Shown here: in pieces, positions 9,735 through 19,371 of the stretch
How positions within the stretch are numbered: the stretch's first letter is position 1
Layout of the letters: the number at the start of each line of letters is the position of its first letter
Made by a program: the position numbers and the translations under genes
NCBI GenBank assembly: GCA_015065045.1
Contig: SVRB01000001.1
Span: 1-57,871 of the forward strand
Direction: 5' to 3'
Origin: Oscillospiraceae bacterium
Lineage (GTDB): Bacteria; Bacillota; Clostridia; Oscillospirales; CAG-272
Length of the DNA stretch: 57,871 bases
The notes under the pieces: generated by a model
The model's input: the letters and a program-made list of their open reading frames with translations, nothing else
Told to the model about the DNA's origin: nothing
The model's database searches: none

Positions 9735-10436
9735 TTATATACCCATAACAGTATCAATCGGCAATGAAATAACGTTTCCCTTAGCCTCGCTCTGCATACC
9801 AAAACGATCGCTGATAGCCTTCATTATATTAACCTTATTTTCGCAGTCAGATATAATTAAGAGAATCTCCTTTTCTTCGTTCATACTGATTCCCCAGAAA
9901 CCTGCTGTTTCTTCATTAATAAGCTGTCTGCTGTGAACAACTGTTCCGCCTCTGGCACCCGCTTCTCTTGCCGCTACCATCACATCACCGCTGAATCCTC
10001 TATTCATAACAGCCGCTATAAGTGTATATTTCTTTTCGTCCATATTCACATTATCTTCCTTTCCGACATTCAAATCACCGGTCTCTTCCTCGGGTTCTGC
10101 CATCTTGGTTATCATTCGCAGTAAAAGGTTATTTGCGCCCGTCACTGCAATGGTAAAGCCTATACCGCTGTTAACACCGCTCATACCAAGCTCGCTATGC
10201 AAATTACATAACAGCTTATCTGCAACGACCTTAGGCAATATACTTAAATATAATCTTTTTTCTGTACTTCCAAGCCCGAGCATATCCAAAATTTCACTCG
10301 ATGCAGTTCCCTCGGCAATAACGCCGTACTGTATCGGAATATGCAATTCATCGAACATATCTTCTGCTTTTTTCGATAATTTTTCTGTGGTGATCAACAC
10401 CAGTAATCTAACCGACGGATTCTTTTCACTTGCCAT
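9735..10436 (-). CDS. tandem P-II-like (GlnB-fold) signal-transduction protein, two fused halves
   Basis: 233 aa. There are two ~95-aa P-II-like halves (VRLLVLITTEK... and YTLIAAVMNRGFSGDVMVAAREAGARGGTV...) joined by an acidic linker. It lies 3 nt downstream of the DUF1538 gene, which is the usual partner of such proteins. Confidence 0.6.
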   Translation of the reverse strand: MASEKNPSVRLLVLITTEKLSKKAEDMFDELHIPIQYGVIAEGTASSEILDMLGLGSTEKRLYLSILPKVVADKLLCNLHSELGMSGVNSGIGFTIAVTGANNLLLRMITKMAEPEEETGDLNVGKEDNVNMDEKKYTLIAAVMNRGFSGDVMVAAREAGARGGTVVHSRQLINEETAGFWGISMNEEKEILLIISDCENKVNIMKAISDRFGMQSEAKGNVISLPIDTVMGI

Positions 10437-10439
10437 ATT

Positions 10440-11963
10440 TTACTCATCCCCCAAGTCGATAATTTCGTCACTGTCTTCAGGAACAATAACAGTATCAGCC
10501 TGTTTATTGATCTTCTGCGTCTTATATTTATAAACCAAACCCATCATCTGTATTGCTATAAGCGGCGTCAATGCAACCAATGCAACAACACCAAAAGCGT
10601 CTGTCATTATATCTCCGCCAACAGCAAGACAGGCGCCTATACTGATCGGTATCAAAAACGTCGACGTCATAGGTCCACTTGCAACACCGCCTGAGTCAAA
10701 TGCAATACCTACGAAAATCTTAGGCACAAACCTTGACATCACCAATGCGAGCACATATCCGGGAATCACTATATACTGTATCGGTACTCCCGTGAGCACT
10801 CGCAACATCGCCAAGCCTACACTTACCGATACACCTATAGACATACATGAGTTCATCGCCTTGACCGATATCGCACCGTCTGTAACGCTCTGAACCTGAT
10901 GGTTCAAAATCTGTATCGCAGGCTCTGCCTTTACTATATAATAACCTATCAACATACCGATCGGTACAAGTATCCACTTAAATTCAAATACTGCGAGCTG
11001 CTTCCCGAGGAATGCTCCTACAGGGGCAAAGCCTAAGTTTACACCGCACAAAAATAATACAAGACCTGTATAAGTATAACCTAAACCTATCAGTATCTTC
11101 CATATTTGCTTACCATGGTATCTCTTGCATAAAATCTGGAACACCACGAAAACTGCTATTACAGGAAGTAATGATATCAAAACCTCCTCAGCGTACTTAG
11201 GTAATCCCTTTAAGAAAACAGTTGCTACATCTCTTGTAGTCTTAACATTTTCAATATTTGCAAGTGTGTATTCCGATTGCTCTGGCTTAAAAAAGCAACC
11301 GAGCACCATTACAGCCAAAATAGGACCAATACTCGATAACGCTACAAGACCAAAGCTGTCGCTATCGGCGTTTTTGTCACTACGAACTGATGCCAAACCA
11401 ATACCCATAGCCATTATAAACGGAACCGTCATCGGACCTGTAGTTACACCGCCCGAGTCAAACGCTACCGCTATAAAATTCTTCGGAACAAAAAATGACA
11501 ATACTATCAACGCTCCGTAAAAAACAATAAGCATCGCCGACAGGCTTATCTGGTCTCTTATTCTCACTATAGACAAAGCGAGAAATATACCAACCCCTAC
11601 AGCTACAGCTAAAATCAATACGCTGTTAGGTACGCCCGGAACCTGTTCAGCCAACACCTGCAAGTCAGGCTCCGATATTGTAATTATAAAACCCATAATA
11701 AAACCGATAAAAAGTACTATCAGCACCTTTTTCGATTTTGATATCTGTACACCTATACCCTCTCCCAAAGGACTCATCGCCATCTCAGCGCCAAGCTGAA
11801 ACAGACCCATACCAAATATAAGCATTACTGAGCCCGATATAAACAGCACTATATGTCCAAGCTCCATCGGAACAAGGAGCACGCTTATCAGCAGCACTAT
11901 TGCTGTTATGGGAAGAACGGCGGTCAGTGATTCTTTCGTCTTTTCTTTAAGCTTCGGATTCAT
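10440..11963 (-). CDS. DUF1538-family integral membrane protein (internally duplicated, putative transporter)
   Basis: 507 aa and polytopic. The motif FDSGGVTTGPMTVPFIMAMGIG is repeated as FDSGGVASGPMTSTFLIPISIG, showing an internal duplication typical of DUF1538. Confidence 0.65.
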   Translation of the reverse strand: MNPKLKEKTKESLTAVLPITAIVLLISVLLVPMELGHIVLFISGSVMLIFGMGLFQLGAEMAMSPLGEGIGVQISKSKKVLIVLFIGFIMGFIITISEPDLQVLAEQVPGVPNSVLILAVAVGVGIFLALSIVRIRDQISLSAMLIVFYGALIVLSFFVPKNFIAVAFDSGGVTTGPMTVPFIMAMGIGLASVRSDKNADSDSFGLVALSSIGPILAVMVLGCFFKPEQSEYTLANIENVKTTRDVATVFLKGLPKYAEEVLISLLPVIAVFVVFQILCKRYHGKQIWKILIGLGYTYTGLVLFLCGVNLGFAPVGAFLGKQLAVFEFKWILVPIGMLIGYYIVKAEPAIQILNHQVQSVTDGAISVKAMNSCMSIGVSVSVGLAMLRVLTGVPIQYIVIPGYVLALVMSRFVPKIFVGIAFDSGGVASGPMTSTFLIPISIGACLAVGGDIMTDAFGVVALVALTPLIAIQMMGLVYKYKTQKINKQADTVIVPEDSDEIIDLGDE

Positions 11964-11989
11964 CTTCTACCGTCTTTCATTAGTATTTT

Positions 11990-12022
11990 TTATAAATAAA
12001 AGAGGGGTCATCCCCCTCTTTT
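11990..12022 (-). terminator. terminator of ispH-rpsA
   Basis: The hairpin is AAGAGGGG-tcatc-CCCCTCTT, followed in the minus sense by TTTATTTAT. Confidence 0.7.
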
Positions 12023-12079
12023 AAACGTCGGCCTCTCTTTTTTGGGAGTCAACAATAAAAATCAAATTTCATTCGAAAC

Positions 12080-14149
12080 TTATTCAGCTTCTGCTTCCTT
12101 TTCAGCGTCAGCTATGTAATCTTCAGGCATTGCTTCTTCTGCTGCCTTAGCTTCTTCAATGAGCGCTCTTACAGAAAGGCTGATCTTGTGGTTTTCTGCA
12201 TCGATATCAGTAATCTTTGCTTCAACTTCCTGGCCAAGCTCAAGAACATCAGCAGGCTTGTTGATCTTCTTATCAGCGATCTGTGAAATGTGGATAAGAC
12301 CGTCAACACCGGGAATAATTTCTGCGAATGCACCGAAGGGCATCATGTTTACTACCTTAACTGTAGCAACATCGCCTACTGCGTACTTTTCAGCAAAAAT
12401 GTTCCAAGGATTGTTTTCTTCTGTCTTGTATCCGAGAGAAATTCTCTTTGCTTCTGCATCGAAATCCTTTACGTATACTGTAAGCTTTTCGCCGATAGAT
12501 ACGATTTCGGAAGGATGCTTGAAGTGTGTCCAAGCGAGTTCTGTGCTATGGATCATACCGTCTACGCCGCCGAGGTCAACAAATACACCGTAATTTGTGA
12601 TTGACTTAACAACGCCTTCGTATTTCTTATCCTTTTCAATAGCTGTCCAGAATGCTTCTTCAGCTGCCTTCTTTGCTTCTCTTGCAACTACTCTGATAGA
12701 TGCAACAGCTCTTCTTCTCTGTTCATTTATGTCAATGATCTTAACTCTCTGTTCTGTACCCTTAAGAACTGAAAGGTCTGCATCCTTTGCAAGTCCTGAA
12801 TGTGATGCGGGAACAAAAAGTCTCTGGCCTTCTGCAAATACGATCACGCCGCCTCTTACGATCTCTGTAACCTTACCTGTAAGAATCTTACCTTCGTTAA
12901 AGCTTTCAACAACATTTTTCCAGTTTGTGATAGCGTCAACTCTCTTCTTTGAAAGTGATGCAACACCGTCAATGTCGCTTACTCTTGTAACCATTACTTC
13001 GATTTCGTCGCCAACCTTGAATTCTTCTTCAATCTTAACAGCAGGATTTTCAGATACTTCGCTGTAAGGAATAATACCTGTAACCTTTGCGCCAAGGTCA
13101 ACCTGAACTTCATTTGAGTTCACTGCGAGTACAATACCCTTTACGATCTCACCTGTATTTAAAGTTTTGAAAGATTCCTCAAGCATTGCAGCAAAGCTGT
13201 TTTCATCGTTTATTTCAAAGGACTGCTGAGTCAAGTCCTTTTCGATGTTGTTCATTGTGTTTTCGCTCATTTTGTTTTTTACCTCCTGTATGATACTGCC
13301 CGGAGTTGATGCCCCTGCAGATATACCCACTTTCATATTTTTTCTCAACAAGTCAAGTCGAAGCTCCGTCGCATTTTCAACCAAAATCGTATTCGGCTGA
13401 TATTTTCTCGCAGTATCAAAAAGCTTGTTTGTATTGGAGCTGTTTCTGCCCCCTATTATAACCATAAAATCCACTTTTTGTGCCAATAATTCCGTTTCCA
13501 TCTGTCGATTTTCGGTAACAGAACATATTGTATCAAAAATATATGAATTTGTATATAGTTTTTCAAGAATTTTTTGTGTTTTTTTCCATTCTGTTAGATT
13601 TTGTGTTGTCTGAGACACTACAACAACCTTTTTTTGTGCATTTTTATCACAATCAAGCTGTTTTTCGAGGTCCTTCTCGTTTTTAAACACAACAACCTTG
13701 CCCTTTGCAAAACTTACGATACCCTTTACCTCGGGATGATCGGGATCTCCGTAAACAAAAAGCAACGAATCTTCGTCTGCATTATCCTTTACTATTTTGT
13801 GTATCTTCTTCACATAAGGACACGCGCAATCAAGCATATCGAAATTCGGATTTTTACTTGAAAACTCCTCTAATTTCTCATACACCTCTTGCGTAACGCC
13901 ATGCGCTCTCACGACCACCGTACAAGGATTATTTTCATCACATTCCTCAAATACTCGGTCCAAGTCATTTTCTGATATAACCTTTACATTCTTCGACTCA
14001 AGATCCTCGCATATTGTCGGATTATGAATCAAATTTCCCAACGTATAAATATTATGCTTCGGCTTTTCTTCAATAAGTCTGTACACCGAATTAACAGCTC
14101 TGTCAACACCAAAGCAAAAGCCTGCATTTTTCGCTATCTCAATATACAT
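12080..14149 (-). CDS. ispH: bifunctional 4-hydroxy-3-methylbut-2-enyl diphosphate reductase / 30S ribosomal protein S1
   Basis: 689 aa. The N-terminal ~285 aa are IspH (AGFCFGVDRAV, cysteine ligands). The C-terminal ~390 aa carry four S1 repeats (GEIVKG..., GKILTGKVTEIVRGGVIV, YEGVVKSITNYGVFVDLGG, GDVATVKVVNMMPFGAFAEI). Confidence 0.9.
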   Translation of the reverse strand: MYIEIAKNAGFCFGVDRAVNSVYRLIEEKPKHNIYTLGNLIHNPTICEDLESKNVKVISENDLDRVFEECDENNPCTVVVRAHGVTQEVYEKLEEFSSKNPNFDMLDCACPYVKKIHKIVKDNADEDSLLFVYGDPDHPEVKGIVSFAKGKVVVFKNEKDLEKQLDCDKNAQKKVVVVSQTTQNLTEWKKTQKILEKLYTNSYIFDTICSVTENRQMETELLAQKVDFMVIIGGRNSSNTNKLFDTARKYQPNTILVENATELRLDLLRKNMKVGISAGASTPGSIIQEVKNKMSENTMNNIEKDLTQQSFEINDENSFAAMLEESFKTLNTGEIVKGIVLAVNSNEVQVDLGAKVTGIIPYSEVSENPAVKIEEEFKVGDEIEVMVTRVSDIDGVASLSKKRVDAITNWKNVVESFNEGKILTGKVTEIVRGGVIVFAEGQRLFVPASHSGLAKDADLSVLKGTEQRVKIIDINEQRRRAVASIRVVAREAKKAAEEAFWTAIEKDKKYEGVVKSITNYGVFVDLGGVDGMIHSTELAWTHFKHPSEIVSIGEKLTVYVKDFDAEAKRISLGYKTEENNPWNIFAEKYAVGDVATVKVVNMMPFGAFAEIIPGVDGLIHISQIADKKINKPADVLELGQEVEAKITDIDAENHKISLSVRALIEEAKAAEEAMPEDYIADAEKEAEAE

Positions 14150-14154
14150 AACAC

Positions 14155-14769
14155 TTATCTCTTTTCTGCAATCGAGCTATTGAGCTCAATAATTTTTTCA
14201 AAAATATACTGAGATGCGTTTGTATATTCGTCGCGCGTACCGTTTTCGATCTTCAAATCAGAATTCAGTATGCATTTTCCAATCTTTATATACACCTTAC
14301 GGAAAGGCAATATGCGGTTTTTCTTCGTCTTTATAAGCACAGGCAAAACGTCGGATTTCGAGCGGTGGGCAACCATACCTACTCCCGATTTAACCTCTGT
14401 TTCGGTAATTTCCTTACCAATATATCTCGTTCCCTGAGGAAACATACCAACCGCATCCCCATCAACCAACAATTTTATTGCAGTCTTGATTGCTGACGGG
14501 TCGGCTGAGCCTCTTGTTACGGGAAACGCGCCTAATGTCTTTATCAAAACGTTAAGCAACGGTATCTTAAAAAGCGAAGCCTTTGCCATAAATCTTATCT
14601 GTCTGTCAAAAACCACACCCAAAACTATCGGGTCCCAGTTAGATAAATGGTTAGGGCATACAAGCACTGCACCCTCTTTTGGTATATTCTCTTCCCCTTC
14701 AGTCTCTATCCTAAAAAGGAATCGCACAAAGCCTTGTACCAGCTTCTTTAAAAATGCGTACAATTTCAT
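14155..14769 (-). CDS. plsC: 1-acyl-sn-glycerol-3-phosphate acyltransferase
   Basis: 204 aa with the acyltransferase motifs NHLSNWD and FPQGTR. Confidence 0.85.
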   Translation of the reverse strand: MKLYAFLKKLVQGFVRFLFRIETEGEENIPKEGAVLVCPNHLSNWDPIVLGVVFDRQIRFMAKASLFKIPLLNVLIKTLGAFPVTRGSADPSAIKTAIKLLVDGDAVGMFPQGTRYIGKEITETEVKSGVGMVAHRSKSDVLPVLIKTKKNRILPFRKVYIKIGKCILNSDLKIENGTRDEYTNASQYIFEKIIELNSSIAEKR

Positions 14770-14794
14770 ATTGTAATACTCTCTTAACTAAATC

Positions 14795-15460
14795 TTATTT
14801 CAAAGTCTCGTCTATAATTCCAAGTATTTTTGAAATAGTTTCTTCAATATTCAAATCCGAGCTATCAAGCATAATCGCATCATCAGCGGGAACAGCAGGA
14901 GCAATCGATCTTGTTCTATCGTTCTCGTCTCTCTTTTGCATATCCGAAAGAACTTCTTCGAAAGTCGTTTCTATTCCCTTTTCTGTAAGCTCCTTATATC
15001 TTCTCATCGCTCTGACTTCATCTCTTGCAAACAAGAATATCTTCACTTGAGCATCGGGAAATATAACAGTACCGATATCTCTTCCGTCCATAATCACATT
15101 ATTCTTTTCTGCAGTCGCTCTCTGAATATCAAGCAAAAATGCTCTCACCTCAGGAATCGCAGAAACCTTGGAAGCATACATCGAGATTTCGGGAAGTCTG
15201 ATATCCTTATTTACGTTTTCTCCGTTAAGTAAAACCACCTGACCTTCATCAGAATGGTTAAGTTCGAGCGCTATATTCTTCAAATTTGATGAAACAGCCT
15301 CATTATCGTTTACATCTATCCCATTACGGAACATATATAATCCAATAGCTCTGTAAAGCGCTCCTGTATCAACATATAAAATATTAAGTCTTTCGGCTAC
15401 AGCACGTGCCATTACGCTTTTGCCCGAACCTGACGGTCCGTCTAACGCTATTTTAAACAT
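14795..15460 (-). CDS. cmk: cytidylate kinase
   Basis: 221 aa with IALDGPSGSGKS and DTGALYRA motifs. The cmk-(plsC)-rpsA neighbourhood is conserved in Firmicutes. Confidence 0.9.
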   Translation of the reverse strand: MFKIALDGPSGSGKSVMARAVAERLNILYVDTGALYRAIGLYMFRNGIDVNDNEAVSSNLKNIALELNHSDEGQVVLLNGENVNKDIRLPEISMYASKVSAIPEVRAFLLDIQRATAEKNNVIMDGRDIGTVIFPDAQVKIFLFARDEVRAMRRYKELTEKGIETTFEEVLSDMQKRDENDRTRSIAPAVPADDAIMLDSSDLNIEETISKILGIIDETLK

Positions 15461-15505
15461 TTTTCTTATATTTTTCTCCCCGTAAATTAAATATTTTAAA
15501 AAATC

Positions 15506-16747
15506 TTACCTTGCAATATCAATAGCGGCTAAATTTGCTGTCGAAAACGCTATCTGCAAATTAAATCCACCGGTATAAGCGTCAACGTCGATCAGCTCTC
15601 CTGCAAAATACAAGTTTTCAATTTTTTTGCACATCATCGTCTTCGGGTCTATTTCCTTAACATCCACACCACCTGACGTAATGATCGCCTCTTCTATCGG
15701 TCTGAATCCGCGTACTGTGCATTCAAGACACTTCAATGTTTTTAATATCGTCTGTCTTTCTGCTCGCGTTATATTATTTACCTTTTTATCCTCGGGAATC
15801 TTAGTCAAATCAACAAAAACAGGTATCAGCTTTTGAGGCAAAAGCTCGCCCAATGAATTACCGTAATTCTTGTTTTTATATTTTTCAAAATCGCCCAAAA
15901 GTCTGCTATCAAGCGTCTTTTCATCCAATGCAGGCTTCAAATCTATCCTTACGGAATATCTGCCCTTTTGCATCGGCTTCATATGACATGATGCGCTGAG
16001 TATCGTCGGCCCTGACAATCCGAAATGCGTAAAAAGCATTTCTCCGAAATCAGAATAAATCTCCTTCTGCTTAATTTTATCAAAAACAGACACTCTCACG
16101 TTCTTCAATGATAACCCCATAAGAGATCTCGGCCATATTTCCTCGGTCTCAAGAGGCACAAGCGAAGGCTTAGGCTCAATTATATTTATGCCCAATCTTT
16201 CAGCAAACAAAAAACCATCTCCGTCAGAACCCGTCTGCGGATATGATTTTCCGCCCGTACATACGGCAACCTTATCGTAAAGCACGGTCTTACCTGCAAC
16301 AATAACGCCCTTTATGCATCCGTCTTCAACCACCAGATCATCGACCGCTTCGTACACGATTTTTACTCCGTTCTTCTTACAAAAATCACGCAAAGCGTCA
16401 ACTATATCAAAAGATCTGTCACTTACGGGAAATACTCTGTTTCCTCGTTCGGTCTTTAATTCTACCCCCATATTTTCAAAAAAAGCCATTGTATCTTCGG
16501 ATGTAAAATTTGAATATGCCGCATAAAGAAAACGAGGATTTGTCGGTACGTTTTCAATAAACGTATTCCTATCGCAGTTATTTGTTACGTTACATCTTCC
16601 CTTGCCTGTTATAGCAAGCTTTCTGCCGACTGCGCTCTTCTTTTCGTAAAGGGTAACGTCACAGCCGAGCTCTGCTGCCTTTCCGGCGCACATAAGCCCT
16701 GCCGCTCCGCCTCCTATTACACAAACCTTTGTTCTGTCAAAGCTCAT
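15506..16747 (-). CDS. HI0933/BaiN-family NAD(P)/FAD-dependent flavoprotein
   Basis: 413 aa. It has the N-terminal dinucleotide fold VCVIGGGAAGLMCAG, GRKLAITGKGRCNVTN and a C-terminal GELIDVDAYTGGFNLQ motif. Confidence 0.8.
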   Translation of the reverse strand: MSFDRTKVCVIGGGAAGLMCAGKAAELGCDVTLYEKKSAVGRKLAITGKGRCNVTNNCDRNTFIENVPTNPRFLYAAYSNFTSEDTMAFFENMGVELKTERGNRVFPVSDRSFDIVDALRDFCKKNGVKIVYEAVDDLVVEDGCIKGVIVAGKTVLYDKVAVCTGGKSYPQTGSDGDGFLFAERLGINIIEPKPSLVPLETEEIWPRSLMGLSLKNVRVSVFDKIKQKEIYSDFGEMLFTHFGLSGPTILSASCHMKPMQKGRYSVRIDLKPALDEKTLDSRLLGDFEKYKNKNYGNSLGELLPQKLIPVFVDLTKIPEDKKVNNITRAERQTILKTLKCLECTVRGFRPIEEAIITSGGVDVKEIDPKTMMCKKIENLYFAGELIDVDAYTGGFNLQIAFSTANLAAIDIAR

Positions 16748-18009
16748 TTTATACCGATATCACGTCTGTAGTGCATCTTTTCAAACGTTACGTTTTCGAG
16801 TGCGCTATATGACTTTGCAATAGCTTCATCAAGTGTTTTTCCCATTGATGTAACACCCAAAACTCTACCGCCTGCCGTATATATCTTTCCGTCTTCTGCC
16901 TTTGTTCCTGCATGGTACACAAAAGCTTCTCCGTTCTTAAATACATCGCTGTCAAGACCGAATATTTCCTTACCTGTTTCATACTTTGAAGGATATCCGC
17001 CCGATGCCAAAACGATACAAACTGCTGCATCCTCTGACCATTCAATCTCAATCTCATCAAGCTTTTCGTCGATAACAGCGTTTATAATATCAACAAAGTC
17101 AGTCTTAAGTCTGGGAAGCACTGCCTGTGTTTCGGGGTCACCGAATCTTGCGTTATATTCTATAACCTTGGGGCCCTTGGGAGTAAGCATAAGTCCAAAG
17201 TATATAACTCCCTTGAACGTTCTTCCCTCTTCATTCATTGCATCTATTGTGGGCTTGAATATAGTCTTAAAGCACTCGTCTGCTATTTCCTTTGTATAAT
17301 TTCTGCTGGGAGAGAATGCGCCCATACCACCGGTATTAAGTCCCTTATCGTTATCAAGCGCTCTCTTGTGGTCCTGCGCTGAAACCATAGGAACAACGGT
17401 CTTTCCGTCTGTAAATGCAAGCACGGACACCTCGGGTCCTGTCAAAAATTCTTCAATTACAACTCTGCTTCCCGATTCACCGAACACCTTATCGCACATA
17501 ATGCTCTTTATAGCATCTTCTGCCTGAGCATAATCCTCAGCAATAATTACACCCTTACCGAGCGCAAGTCCATCAGCCTTTATAACTGTCGGATAATCAT
17601 TCTGAGCCTTTATGTATTCAAGAGCCTTTTCTGCTTCATAAAACACTTCATATCCGGCTGTCGGAATATTATATTTCTTCATCAAATCCTTGGAGAATAC
17701 TTTGCTTCCCTCAATTATTGCAGCGCACTGACGGGGACCGAATGCTCTTATTCCCTTAGCCTCAAGCGCGTCAACTGTACCCAACATAAGCGGGTCATCG
17801 GGAGCAACAAATACTAAGTCCATCTTATATTCTTCAGCAATATTTACAATCCCTTCAACGTCTGTAGCTTTTACAGGCAAGCACTTTGCGATTGATGCAA
17901 TACCACCGTTTCCCGGAGCGCAAAACAGTTCGGGTGCATATTTACTTTCGGACAATTTCTTTACTATAGCGTGTTCTCTTCCGCCGCTTCCTACAACCAG
18001 TATCTTCAT
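16744..18009 (-). CDS. purD: phosphoribosylamine--glycine ligase
   Basis: 421 aa. MKILVVGSGGREHA, an ATP-grasp core and the C-terminal RRDIG are typical of PurD. Confidence 0.95.
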   Translation of the reverse strand: MKILVVGSGGREHAIVKKLSESKYAPELFCAPGNGGIASIAKCLPVKATDVEGIVNIAEEYKMDLVFVAPDDPLMLGTVDALEAKGIRAFGPRQCAAIIEGSKVFSKDLMKKYNIPTAGYEVFYEAEKALEYIKAQNDYPTVIKADGLALGKGVIIAEDYAQAEDAIKSIMCDKVFGESGSRVVIEEFLTGPEVSVLAFTDGKTVVPMVSAQDHKRALDNDKGLNTGGMGAFSPSRNYTKEIADECFKTIFKPTIDAMNEEGRTFKGVIYFGLMLTPKGPKVIEYNARFGDPETQAVLPRLKTDFVDIINAVIDEKLDEIEIEWSEDAAVCIVLASGGYPSKYETGKEIFGLDSDVFKNGEAFVYHAGTKAEDGKIYTAGGRVLGVTSMGKTLDEAIAKSYSALENVTFEKMHYRRDIGIK

Positions 18010-18091
18010 ATTATTCCTCCAAAATACATTTACAAATAAATATAATTATATATATTTTACAATACAATAAACCAAAAGTCAATAAAACAGC

Positions 18092-18138
18092 CACAAATAA
18101 AAGCGGATATCGCCCTCTTTTTTTGAACGATATCCGCT
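18092..18138 (-). terminator. terminator of mntP
   Basis: The stem is AGCGGATATCG...CGATATCCGCT, followed in the minus sense by TTTTATTT. Confidence 0.7.
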
Positions 18139-18145
18139 ATTTCTT

Positions 18146-18709
18146 TTAAAGTATTCCAAGTCCCTCGAGCAAAAACTTGAACGCCATAACCACGAGAATT
18201 ATACCGCCGGCCATTTCTGCCTTGGATTTATATTTTGTACCAAACACGTTTCCGATCTTTGCACCGACAAAAGAAAACAAAAATGTCGTTACACCTATTA
18301 CCGCTACGGTCGAAAAAATCTCGACGTTTTCCATTGACAACGCCACGCCTGCTGCCATAGCGTCAATACTCGTCGCAATCGCAAGTACGACCATCGTCTT
18401 GAAATCAAGCGCCGCGTCAACACATTCTTCGTCCTTACCAAACGCTTCTTTGAGCATATTTATTCCTATCATACACAAAAGTACGAAAGCTACCCAATGG
18501 TCAACTGCCTCTATGTAATCCTTGAACATACTCCCGAGAAAAAAACCTATAAGCGGCATCAACGCCTGAAACAATCCGAAATAAACACCGACCTTTACTG
18601 CGTGTCTTATCTTAAATCCCTTCTCAAGCGAAAGCCCCTTACATATTGCAACAGCAAAAGCATCCATTGACAAGCCCACTGCGGTAGCTAAAATTGCTAT
18701 AATTCCCAT
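18146..18709 (-). CDS. mntP: manganese efflux pump MntP
   Basis: 187 aa with six TM segments and the duplicated motifs LSMDAFAVA and SIDAMAAG. Confidence 0.85.
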   Translation of the reverse strand: MGIIAILATAVGLSMDAFAVAICKGLSLEKGFKIRHAVKVGVYFGLFQALMPLIGFFLGSMFKDYIEAVDHWVAFVLLCMIGINMLKEAFGKDEECVDAALDFKTMVVLAIATSIDAMAAGVALSMENVEIFSTVAVIGVTTFLFSFVGAKIGNVFGTKYKSKAEMAGGIILVVMAFKFLLEGLGIL

Positions 18710-18723
18710 TTAATCCTCTTTTC

Positions 18724-19368
18724 TTAAACTATTCCATTTATGTTCTTTATTATTTCTTCAAACGAACCACACACAACACAACCCGTCTTTTTTAAAGTTG
18801 CTTCATCCGTATGCCCCTTTGAATACAAGATACAGTCTGCTCCGATCGTCTTTGCCGTTTCAAAGTCATGCAACGTATCGCCTATCAGCACACACTCGGT
18901 AGGATCAATCTTTTCGTTTTCTATAAGTCTTACTGCACGTTCAGTCTTGCTCCCTGCCTCGTGATCATTTGCCGCATCGATTTTTTCAAAGCAACCGCAT
19001 ACATCAAATTTTCTCGCATATTTCATAAGGTCGTCTACGTTCGCGGCAGATAATATATACTGCTTAACTCCGTTCTTACAGAGTATATCAACGGCATTTC
19101 TCGCACCATTTGCAAGGTCTATTTCACTTTCGTGTTTTATGTATAACTCTCCAAACAGAGGCTTTATAACCTCCATGGAAACAACGTTAAAATCAAATAT
19201 TCGTTCGTAAAATTTGTATATCGGCGTATCTATGTATGAATAATAAGTTTCAAGATCAAGCTGTGGTTTGCCATACATTTCAAGCATATCGTTCACAGCT
19301 CTGATCGACGCGTCAAGATCGTCAAGCAACGTTCCGTTCCAATCCCATATAACGTATCGATATTTCAT
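18724..19368 (-). CDS. HAD-superfamily hydrolase
   Basis: 214 aa. Motif I reads VIWDWNGTLLDD and motif IV reads GDTLHD. Substrate is unknown. Confidence 0.7.
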   Translation of the reverse strand: MKYRYVIWDWNGTLLDDLDASIRAVNDMLEMYGKPQLDLETYYSYIDTPIYKFYERIFDFNVVSMEVIKPLFGELYIKHESEIDLANGARNAVDILCKNGVKQYILSAANVDDLMKYARKFDVCGCFEKIDAANDHEAGSKTERAVRLIENEKIDPTECVLIGDTLHDFETAKTIGADCILYSKGHTDEATLKKTGCVVCGSFEEIIKNINGIV

Positions 19369-19371
19369 ATA

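Noticed and set aside
18710-18723. I expected a yybP-ykoY (Mn) riboswitch in front of mntP.
   Set aside because: Only 14 nt separate mntP from the upstream HAD gene, so there is no room for the riboswitch. mntP appears to be co-transcribed.
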